DNA of 32,465 nt, taken from contig NW_021832444.1 in NCBI RefSeq assembly GCF_006345805.1, positions 1 through 32,465 on the forward strand, written 5' to 3'. The position numbers were made by a program, and so were the translations under genes. This stretch comes from Octopus sinensis (lineage: Eukaryota). The notes under the pieces are model-generated. The model saw only the letters and a list, made by a program, of their open reading frames with translations. It was not told the origin of the DNA and searched no databases. Below, piece after piece: positions 11,608-20,991 of the stretch (position 1 is the stretch's first letter; each line of letters starts with the position of its first letter).

Positions 11608-11772
11608 ATAGTTATCGCCATACTAATATGGCATTCTTATAAAAATAAGAAAAAAGCTGTCCGCTTATTAGCTCCATGAGGCCATCGCCTAAGTTAGCTA
11701 TTTGATACACAAACTGTATCCATATAACCTTCGAACAAGGGAGGTCAGTCGCTCCACACTACTTGACCGGCA

Positions 11773-11813
11773 GCTACAGACGCGTTTCGGGGTATTGCCC
11801 TTTTCAATGCAGC
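11773..11813 (-). ncRNA. Type I hammerhead ribozyme, copy 1 (one G short in stem II)
   Basis: Reverse complement: GCUGCA-UUGAAAA-GGG(CAAUA)CCCC-GAAA-CGCG-UC-UGUAGC. Confidence 0.75.
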
Positions 11814-12129
11814 GTAGCCAGCCAGTAGGTGTCGCTTCCGACAATCTCTGTTCGATGGTTTTATTTACCTAGTTTCGGTGGAATACATCCACTTGTTTTC
11901 AATAATAGAAATATTAAAATAACTAAGTCTCTCTAAAAGAGAACAGCGGCAGCATTCCCGAAAATAATAGTTATCGCATACTAATATGGCATTCTTATAA
12001 AAATAAGAAAAAAGCTGTCCGCTTATTAGCTCCATGAGGCCATCGCCTTAAGTTAGCTATTTGATACACAAACTGTATCCATATCCTTCGAACAAGGGAG
12101 GTCAGTCGCTCCACACTACTTGACCGGCA

Positions 12130-12171
12130 GCTACAGACGCGTTTCGGGGTATTGCCCCTTTTCAATGCAGC
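12130..12171 (-). ncRNA. Type I hammerhead ribozyme, copy 2
   Basis: Reverse complement: GCUGCA-UUGAAAA-GGGG(CAAUA)CCCC-GAAA-CGCG-UC-UGUAGC. Confidence 0.8.
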
Positions 12172-12571
12172 GTAGCCAGCCAGTAGGTGTCGCTTCCGAC
12201 AATCTCTGTTCGATGGTTTTATTTACCTAGTTTCGGTGGAATACATCCACTTGTTTTCAATAATAGAAATATTAAAATAACTAAGTCTCTCTAAAAGAGA
12301 ACAGCGGCAGCGTTCCCCTAAAATAATAGTTATCGCCATACTAATATGGCATTCTTATAAAAATAAGAAAAAAGCTGTCCGCTTATTAGCTCCATGAGGC
12401 CATCGCCTTAAGTTAGCTATTTGATACACAAACTGTATCCATATAACCTTCGAGAGACTTAGTTATTTTAATATTTCTATTATTGAAAACAAGTGGATGT
12501 ATTCCACCGAAACTAGGTAAATAAAACCATCGAACAGAGATTGTCGGAAGCGACACCTACTGGCTGGCTAC

Positions 12572-12613
12572 GCTGCATTGAAAAGGGGCAATACCCCGAA
12601 ACGCGTCTGTAGC
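12572..12613 (+). ncRNA. Type I hammerhead ribozyme, copy 3 (predicted cleavage after 12607)
   Basis: GCUGCA-UUGAAAA-GGGG(CAAUA)CCCC-GAAA-CGCG-UC-UGUAGC. Stem I extends beyond an internal loop. Confidence 0.8.
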
Positions 12614-12933
12614 TGCCGGTCAAGTAGTGTGGAGCGACTGACCTCCCTTGTTCGAAGGTTATATGGATACAGTTTGTGTATCAAATAGCTAACTTAAGGC
12701 GATGGCCTCATGGAGCTAATAAGCGGACAGCTTTTTTCTTATTTTTATAAGAATGCCATATTAGTATGGCGATAACTATTATTTTCCGGGAACGCTGCCG
12801 CTGTTCTCTTTTAGAGAGACTTAGTTATTTTAATATTTCTATTATTGAAAACAAGTGGATGTATTCCACCGAAACTAGGTAAATAAAACCATCGAACAGA
12901 GATTGTCGGAAGCGACACCTACTGGCTGGCTAC

Positions 12934-12975
12934 GCTGCATTGAAAAGGGGCAATACCCCGAAACGCGTCTGTAGC
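12934..12975 (+). ncRNA. Type I hammerhead ribozyme, copy 4 (predicted cleavage after 12969)
   Basis: Same sequence as copy 3, 362 nt downstream. Confidence 0.8.
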
Positions 12976-13230
12976 TGCCGGTCAAGTAGTGTGGAGCGAC
13001 TGACCCCCTTGTTCGAAGGTTATATGGATACAGTTTGTGTATCAAATAGCTAACTTAAGGCGATGGCCTCATGGAGCTAATAAGCGGACAGCTTTTTTCT
13101 TATTTTTATAAGAATGCCATATTAGTATGGCGATAACTATTATTTTCCGGGAACGCTGCCGCTGTTCTCTTTTAGAGAGACTTAGTTATTTTAATATTTC
13201 TATTATATATATATATATACATATATATAT

Positions 13231-14420
13231 AACGGGAAGCTTTATGAAAATAGACAAAAGACGAAGGCAGGTGGAAAACAAACAAACAATTGTATTAGCA
13301 TGGCGCTCAGGAAATATAAATAAAACAAGTCGTTAACGTTTCGAGCCTACGCTCTTCAACAGAAAGATACACAGAGAGAAAAAAAACACAGAAAGAAGGA
13401 GAGAAAAAAAATGCGTGCAGTAACTAACGAATCAACATGGCGATCTGATTTCGGCCAGAGGTCAAAGATCAAACATGAGACGCGAGAGCGAAATAAGGGA
13501 AGATAATAGGGTTGATAATAGGGTTGAATGACCAGCTATTAGTGCGTAGGAGAGGTCTGGACGTGTGTATGTATAGGGTTGGTGTATGTATTAGTATGTA
13601 TAAGGGTATGTGTGTGTGTGTGTGTGTGTGTATGAGAGAGTATTAGTGCCTAGGATAGGTCTGGACGTGCGTATGTATGGGGTTGGTGTATGTATTAGTA
13701 TGTATTAGTATGTATTAGTACGTATTAGTATGTATAAGTGTGTGTGTGCGTGTATGAGAGAGTATAAGTGCGTATGAGGGGTCTGGACGTGTGTATGTAT
13801 AGGGTTGGTGTATGTATTAGTATGTATTAGTATGTATTAGTACGTATTAGTATGTATTAGTTGTGTATGTATTAGTATGGCACATCATATATGATGTGAT
13901 GTGTAAAGTCGTGTGGTGTAGTGAGGAGAAGAGGGGGAGGGGAGAAGAGGGGTAGGAGAAGGGGAGGGGGAAAAGAGGGGGAGGAGAGGGGAAAGAGGAG
14001 AGGAGGGGGTAGAGGAAGAGGGGGAGAAGGAAGGGGAGGAGGAGGGAGAGGAAGGAGGAAAGAGGGAGAGGGGGAGAGAGAAGGGGAGTGAGGGAGCAGG
14101 GGAAGGGGAAGAGGGAAGGAGGGAGGGAGAAAGAGGGAAGAAGGGAAGGGGAGTAAGGGTGAAAGGATGAAGGACTGAAGAAGTAGGGGTCGGGGGGAAG
14201 GATAGGTGAGGAGGGGGGAGAGGGGGGTTAGATGAGGAGGGGGGGGAGAGTTGAGACCAAATGGCGTATAAGAGCGAAGAGAGAAGATTAATTCCTGTTC
14301 ACGGCGCAAACGGGAATCCGGATGGCCTCTGTGTAAGGACAAACCGAACACAGATAGGTGTTGCAAGGAGATGCACACATATTCGCCCATATCTAATATT
14401 TGTATTCATTTGTATCATTG
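13231..14420 (-). mobile_element. 3' end of Penelope-like element PLE-A: GIY-YIG C-terminus, CT-rich tract, ~100-bp subrepeats, HHR-like motif
   Basis: The minus strand at about 14390-14247 encodes ...HPDSRLRREQELIFSLRSYTPFGLNS, matching the PLE endonuclease end RE..I..L....P.GLN. The HHR-like motif is at 13330-13367. The 3' end ...cttcccgtt(AT)n is identical to the copy ending at 1407. Confidence 0.8.
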
Positions 14421-14424
14421 AAAC

Positions 14425-14600
14425 CCCCAAAGAATCGCTCTCAGGCCATGGCTATGATACCTCCGCACTCTTCTTGCTCGCAAGTAGGGATGTACATAAT
14501 TGCCAGCCACTAAGAGACATGCTTAACTGGTTAAGGTCAAGCAGCTGAAAAGCAAATCTGCAGTATTGAGCTGTGGTCCATCTTTTAAACCAAAATAAAG
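14425..14600 (+). repeat. Dispersed repeat fragment (probable LINE 3' UTR), homologous to 15660-15825
   Basis: Shared gccagccactaagRgacatgctYaactggtta...aagcaaatctg. Confidence 0.55.
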
Positions 14601-14603
14601 CAA

Positions 14604-15300
14604 GTACATTAAGGTGGAGTGAAGATAAAAAATTGTGGAAATTGAAAATGACTGAGGACTAAAAATGTTGCTATATTTGATTATTAGAAAAATGTTAAAT
14701 TTTCGCTGCGATCAATTAAGATCATTTACTTCCTCAAGCCCCCTTAACTCCGAAAATGGGGGGTTTTTGTAAATTTGTTTACAATAGCGGAGTTTGGGTG
14801 CTTTTAGGGTGTATATATCTTTGATTGACCTAAGCGAAATTTTAGCATTTTTCTAGTAATAATATATAGCAAGATTTTAGGCCTCAGGCATTTTCAATTT
14901 CCACATTTAAAAAGTTTTCACTCCACCCTAGATTACACAATCTATATACCCGCACATACATACGCGTGTGTTAGGGTGAACTGAAAATTAAAACTTGTGG
15001 AAATTGAAAATGCCTGAGGCCTAAAACCTTTCTATATATTATTACTAGAAAAATGTTAAATTTTCGCTAAGGTCAACCAAAGACATTTACTCCCTCAAAC
15101 CACCCAAACTCCGCTAATGTAAAAGATTTACAAAAGTCCCTCATTTTCGAATTTTATGGGGCTTGAGGGAGTAAATGCCCTTAATTGATCTCAGCAAAAA
15201 TTTTAACATTTTTCTAGTAATTAAATATAGCAACATTTTAGTTCTCAGGCATTTTCAATTTCTACAGTTTTTTTTTTATTTTCACTCCACCATAATGTAC
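14604..15300. mobile_element. Two inverted copies of a ~320-bp palindromic MITE around a 41-bp spacer
   Basis: Arms 14604-14930 and 14972-15300 are reverse complements. Each arm has termini resembling TAGGGTGGAGTGAAAA...TTTTCACTCCACCCTA. The outer ends mirror as gtacatta...taatgtac. Confidence 0.8.
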
Positions 15301-15309
15301 ATATAAACA

Positions 15310-15825
15310 TTTCCAATCAATTAAAATCAGAAGCCACGAGAGCCACTGCCTGGTTTTGTATCAGGGTAGTTAATTATCATTATCAAGTGACAGAGCAGTG
15401 CATTCTATTAAAGTGACACTGTGATACAAATACACGAAGGCCAATATACCTATCATGACTACCAGGTGCACGCATCACAATCATATGTGCGTGACATGGT
15501 CATCTGATATCAAGACAACAGAGCATGACCTTGCAGGTGGTGCCCAGTTAGAGTTTTTTCAAGTCGAGTAGCCCATCTCACTCAAAAGGTCCTTGATTAA
15601 GGTTTGTCTAGGGATGACGAACTAAACACATGTTTCTAGGAGTAAACTATTCAAACTTCAAAGCATTCCTCTCAACACATGGCTGTGATGCTCCCCCACT
15701 ACTTCTGCTCATGATCAGAAATGCGCATTTCGCCAGCCACTAAGGGACATGCTCAACTGGTTATGGTAAAAACAACTGACAAGCAAATCTGTGGTACTGA
15801 GCAGAATATTTGTTGTAGCCCATCT
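15310..15825 (+). repeat. Dispersed repeat, probable LINE 3' UTR fragment
   Basis: Its 3' part is homologous to 14425-14600. Family not identified. Confidence 0.45.
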
Positions 15826-15975
15826 GCTAAAATCGTTAGCACGTCCATGTTTACGCTCTGAGTTCAAATTCCCCCGAGGTCGACTGAGCCTTTCATCCTT
15901 TCGGGGTCGAAGTAATAAATACCCCAATCCCAATTTCAGGCCTTGTGCCTATAGTAGAAAGGATTGTTATCATCA
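15826..15975 (+). mobile_element. SINE family C (gtcgact..gcctttcatcctttcggggtcga core), partial
   Basis: Same core at 23085-23222 (+) and 28962-29171 (-). Confidence 0.8.
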
Positions 15976-17195
15976 TCATCATTATTATTAATCTTTTTAC
16001 CACAGGTTTTGTTGGAACTTCCGGAGTCTTGCATGGGTTGCGGGCTTACTGCCTGCAGCCTAAGTTACCAGGCTATCTGTTCTTTCAACTATCTAATACT
16101 TTCCTGATTATGCTGGGGGTGCCAAGGAGGCAACCCTTTTGTAACAGTTCTCTAGGGCACTCTATTCCAATTTCCTTTATATTCCCCTTGATGCCTTCTA
16201 ATACTGCCCCAAGAAACCAACAATAATTGGCACTATCTTCACCTTCTTCATTTTCCATAGCCGGGCTAAGAGGATTGTATGTGTCTATTTTTTCACATTC
16301 CTTCTTGACTATTCGTGGGTCAAAGGGTAACATCAACTATATAGCACATGTGGTGCATCTCAGGTCCAGTCTGTTATGCTCTAACATCTGATCTGTTTGA
16401 ATAGAAAAATCCCAGATTTTGCAGGTCTTTCACTCCGCCACTCTCTGCAGTTTGTGTTCGTACCACGTCTTGCCTCTCTCTATATTCCCCACTTTTCGCA
16501 CAGTTTCCAATGTAGCACTTTCACTACCTAATCCTGTCGCCACGACTTGTAATGGTTTGGGGCGAGTCTAGAGCACTCGTTCGTGATATGGTCAATGGTT
16601 TTGTCCACTCTATTACAGCTGCAGCACAGTGGAAACACTTGCTCATTCCTAAAGTTAACCCTCCAATTCGTGGCCAAAGTTTGGTCTTGCGCTACCAGTC
16701 TAGCGTCCTCAGTCTCTTCAGCCAATCCCACGATTGTACAGTCCCTTCTTGTGTAATTCTTCTTCATGTCCTTTTTGTACTTTTTTATCCTTTTTCTCAG
16801 CTTTCAATACTCTCTCATTCCTTACTGACACTAACAAGGTTTCCTTACTTTGGGATAGGTATCAAATATTCCCAGGCCTTTATAACTGTATTGAGGTTCA
16901 ATTGCCTTCATCATTCCACCTCCTGGCATACCTATGCCTTCTGTCCTGACCAGCTTTCCTCGTCTCATCGTAGCACATTTTGAGAGTCCTGATTTCATCT
17001 TGATATAATTCGAGAAAATCTGCCCAGACTGGACTAAGATGTCTAGTTTTGCCTCACTTTTTGTGAACAATTTCAAGTTGTTCATGAATAGCAAGTACTT
17101 CAGTTTTCCCTTTCCACACCATACTCCAATTTTGTCTTTATTAGTATTTCAATCAAGGGGCGTCATTCCCAGTACAAGGAACATATTTCTCAAAC
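15975..17195 (-). pseudogene. R4/Dong-like (restriction-like endonuclease) non-LTR retrotransposon, 3' part
   Basis: LFMNNLKLFTKSE...GLSKCA (RT, cf. LYMDDLKL); CCSC..KTIDHITNEC (CCHC); IWDFSIQTDQMLEHNRLDL (RLE); LLQKGCLLGTPSIIRKVL; (TAA/TGA)n tail. Confidence 0.85.
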
Positions 17196-17196
17196 T

Positions 17197-17520
17197 TTGT
17201 GGTTAGTGCTTCTGGTACCCCCGGCAACTACTTCGATGACTGTTTCTTCCTTCATTGCTCACAATCGTGCAATTTCATCTTTTAATGGTTTCTTGTACTT
17301 CTCAAACTTTTCTAGTTCTTTTTCATCTGCTCGTACATCCCCAGGTATGGCAATGTCTATGATCTTGGTTTCATTCATTATTTTGTCAACTACAACAATG
17401 CCTGGTGTCCACGCATCAGTCACTGAATCACATTGGATTATAAAATCACTCAAGATCTTATACTCTTTATTCTCGGTGATTCCTTCTGGTTTATGCTAGT
17501 GCCATTTCAATATCCTTTCA
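17197..17520 (-). pseudogene. Second RLE-domain fragment from a related R4/Dong-like family
   Basis: DFIIQCDSVTDAWTPGIVVVDK..IIDIAIPGDVRADEKELEKFEKY. Confidence 0.8.
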
Positions 17521-17619
17521 ATAACGGAATGGTACTTTTACCAATTAACAGCCACCTTTGCTACCACTCTGTTATTAAACGTTGATATGTTCGCGTCTTT
17601 TTCTTGAGATATTTACCAT

Positions 17620-17965
17620 ATAAGGACTTCAACCAACATGGATATACGCAGGATTGCACTTAAAGACTTACGCTCGTAGATTTACGCAGGATTACACCTA
17701 AGGACACATGCTTTGGCTTCTTCGGAACTTTTATGCTTCTTTTTTCTTCTCTCTTTCCATCTCCTTATTCTTTTACTCCCTTGCTCTATGTTATCATCTT
17801 ATTAATATATACCATTCTCATTTTCCAGTTTGTCTCTGATGACGGAATATCCCATACTTGAGGATATCCCAGAAACAGCTGTAAGGTTTTGAATTCCTTC
17901 CTGTAATGACATTGTATATGAGTTGTTTGCTATGCGTTAGTGTTTGACGACCTCTTTAACAATTC
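17620..17965 (+). mobile_element. Probable PLE 3' UTR/pseudo-LTR fragment (third family) with CT-rich tract and HHR
   Basis: Pyrimidine tract followed by an HHR, the same layout as PLE-A but with unrelated sequence. No ORF found, so the PLE assignment is inferred. Confidence 0.5.
17832..17887 (+). ncRNA. Type I hammerhead motif with canonical CUGAUGA/GAAA core
   Basis: GUCU-CUGAUGA-C-GGAAUAUCC(CAUACUUGA)GGAUAUCCC-A-GAAA-CAGCUG-UA-AGGU, with palindromic ACAGCUGU stem III and a GUA triplet. Confidence 0.7.
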
Positions 17966-18644
17966 TATCTATCTATCTATCCATCTATCTAACTATCTAT
18001 CTCTACACACACATAAATATACCAAATCATATATATATATAGATTCAGATGAATATGGTACTTAAGTCAAAGGCACCAGAATTTTGTATGATATTATCCA
18101 TATAAATCCATGGGGTTATTACAATCAAAATAAGCAACAATTATATTCGAGGTAATGTGGTACAATCGTTTCATATTACTTCATTTTATTAAACACTGTA
18201 AGTATTACATCAGTTTTAAAATGTCGAGCAATCTTCAGCCACTTATAGAAATTTTCCTATCAAACGGACAATGCACATTCTTATCTCTATTTCGTTTGCC
18301 AACATTATAAAGAGGGTAGATATACAGACAGAGAGGTTGATTTCATTCTAAAGAACATGATAATATTAAATTTACTCTCTGACTAGATTTTTTTCACTTT
18401 GTTATTTAGATCTGTCAGTGGGGAGGGGGATTTTATTTTTGGGTTGGATGGAGACAAAGAATTTTTCTTTATATATATATATAGCAGAAATGAAAGAGCT
18501 ACTAATAGTTTCATGCTATTATGATACTTAAAAAGGCATATTTAGAAAATACGCTATGTATCTTAAAGCGATCTTCCAGGCTCTGTCTACGCGTTATATA
18601 TGTGTGTGTGTGTGTGTGTGTGCGCGCGCACGTTTGCATGTACA

Positions 18645-18995
18645 TTTTATCTTTTGTTTGTTTTAGTGATCAGACAGCTGCCATACTGGAGCACCGTCCT
18701 GAGGTGTTTAGTTAACGTCCTGAGGCGTTTTTTGTTAAGCCTGGTTCTTATTCTATCGTTTCTCTTTTGCGAAACCACTATGTTACGAGGACGTAGACAA
18801 ACCTACAAGCATACACAAAGAAATACACACACACGCGCGCATACACACACACACGTGATGGGCTTCTTTCAGTTTCCGTCGACCAAATCCACTTATAAGG
18901 CTTTGGTCAACCCAGGGGTTATAACCTCACAGTGGGGTTGGACCTAGAATCATGTGGTTCTAAAGTAAACTTCTAACCAGGCAGCCACGCGTGCG
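18645..18995 (-). mobile_element. SINE family A, diverged copy
   Basis: The + strand shows ctgccatactggagcaccg...gggcttctttcagtttccgtcgaccaaatccac...cagccacgc, the reverse complement of family A. Confidence 0.8.
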
Positions 18996-19289
18996 ATACA
19001 TATGTTGTTTTCGTATTAAGAATTTAGAAACTTCGAGAGAACGTGAAATATTTATATTTGAGTGTGTATGCATACTAACACACACACATATGTAAATATG
19101 TATGTTACATCACAGAACTGGTAGGTGCAATTATGCAATCAAGAGTGTAAATATATATATATCTGATAGGCTGAGTGTGCGTGTATATGCGTGCATGCAT
19201 ACATATGTGTGTGTCTGTGTGTGTGTGTGTACGCGTGCTTGTATGTGCGTGTATGTGCGTGTGTGTGTCTGTGTGTGTGTGAACAGATC

Positions 19290-19420
19290 AAGAGGCGTGT
19301 TAAGAGGCCCGCTACAGCTTAATCCACGTCACCGTAGCAACGCACGTGCCCGGCACGAGACGTTATCACCTGCCGACGTCACACGAGACTGTTTCGGCAA
19401 CCAATGAAACTACCATTCTC
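19290..19420. promoter_or_regulatory. CpG-rich unique segment with clustered transcription-factor motifs (candidate cis-element)
   Basis: X-box GTCACC-GT-AGCAAC (19328-19341), CCACGTCA, CACGTG, GACGTCA, GGCAAC, CCAAT. Confidence 0.35.
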
Positions 19421-19429
19421 CACCAACCC

Positions 19430-19672
19430 CCAATACCATCCGCCGCCGCCGCCACCACCATTACCACCACCATTACCACCACCACCACCACTCGTTACAA
19501 CCGCCCATACAGCTCAACCATGTCACCACCACCACCATAGACATACAACTGCCTCAACAACCGGACACCATCATCTGCCTCGCTTTTGTTGTAACGGTTC
19601 GTTCGTTGGTTCGATGTGGCCGTTTTATTGTTGTTGTCTGCTGTTGTTGTTGTTGTTGTTATTTTGGTTGCA

Positions 19673-19703
<31 letters not shown>

Positions 19704-19925
19704 TTGTTATCATTGAGATTAACGGTACGGAAATAGCCAGGACATCCGGGTCCTGGACCAAACTATTGGACATCTTCATGCCGCCTCATGAATATTTTAA
19801 AAGAAGAAAACGAGAAAGAAGAAGAGGAAAGAGAAGAAGAAACGGTGGTGGTGGTTGTGGTGGTGGTGGTGGTGGTGGTGGTGGTGGTGATGATGGTTAG
19901 GGTGGGTTGGTGTAGTGATTGGGGG
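19430..19925. repeat. Compound trinucleotide repeats (CCA)n / (GTT)n / (GGT)n
   Basis: Read directly from the sequence. Confidence 0.9.
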
Positions 19926-20339
19926 TGGTATGAAGCAGTTAAAAAGCGTCCGTAGGTTAACGGTTGCTCTTAGCTCGCAGTTGACGGCTTCAGCAGCCTC
20001 GTCGCCCCCCCCTTTTTATGTCTATACATGTATGTGTGTGCTTGTGAATGTATGTGTGTGTGTGTGTGTGTGTGCTTGTGTGTGTCCGTGCGTGCGTGCG
20101 TACGTATGTATATATATATATATATGCGTGCATTTACATCTCTCTTTTCATTTACCTTCCCACTCAGTGGAACAAATACACCTGCCTGACTTTCATTCGG
20201 TTCGTATTTCGCTTCTCCCTCTCCCCTTCCTCCCCCCTCTCTCTCTCTCTCTCTCTTCGTCTTTCTCTCTTTTTCTCTCCTTTTATTCCTCTATTTCCTC
20301 GTCTTTCACACTCTTATTTCTCGTTTTTCGTTTCAATTC

Positions 20340-20800
20340 TCTGCATATGTGCGTATATATGTGTATGTGTATATAGATATATGTGTAAGTATGTATGTAT
20401 GTATATAAGTTTGTGTCTATACATGTATGTATCTATCTATAAGTATATGTGTATATATATATGTATAAATACACACATATATACATGTATATGTATATAC
20501 ATACCTACATGTATATATACGCATATATAGACATGTAATATATATATGTATATAATACATAGATACATACATATCTATATATAATATATATATATATACA
20601 TACATACATATATATAATATATACATATATATATATAATATATATGTATATATAATATATATGTATATAAATACATACATATATATATGTTTATATGTAT
20701 ATATATAATATATATGTATATACATACATGCATACATACATACATGCATACATACATACATACATACATGCATACATGCATAATATAGTATATGTATATT
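20340..20800. repeat. (TA)/(TACA)/(CATA) compound microsatellite
   Basis: Read directly from the sequence. Confidence 0.95.
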
Positions 20801-20803
20801 TAT

Positions 20804-20991
20804 AGGCGCAGGCGTGGCTGTGTGGTAAGAAGCTTGCTACCCAACCACATGTTTCCTGGTTCAGTCCCACTGCGTGGCACCTTGGGCAAGTGTCTTCCAC
20901 TATAGCCTCGAGCCAAACAAAGCCTCGTGAGTGGATTTGGCCGACAGAAACTGGAAGAAGCCCGCCGTATGTGTATATATATATGTATGTA
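20804..20991 (+). mobile_element. SINE family A, 5' half (split by mariner)
   Basis: aggcgcaggcgtggctgtgtggtaagaagc...gaagaagcccgccgtat, then (TA/TG)n. Confidence 0.85.

Larger units (their letters stand above)
11607..13205. mobile_element. Retrozyme-like tandem/inverted array of ~360-bp hammerhead-containing monomers
   Basis: Forward units 11607-11965, 11966-12324 and partial 12325-12453. Inverted units 12452-12780, 12781-13141 and partial 13142-13205. Copies are nearly identical, with no meaningful ORF, and both ends lie in (TA)n. Confidence 0.85.

Noticed and set aside
11607-13205. Array as a CRISPR locus or ordinary satellite
   Set aside because: There are no unique spacers and the context is eukaryotic. 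The conserved HHR and the inversion fit a retrozyme better.
19404-19900. Poly-Pro, poly-Val and poly-Gly ORFs as a host exon
   Set aside because: They derive from trinucleotide repeats, with no recognisable domain or consistent splice frame.
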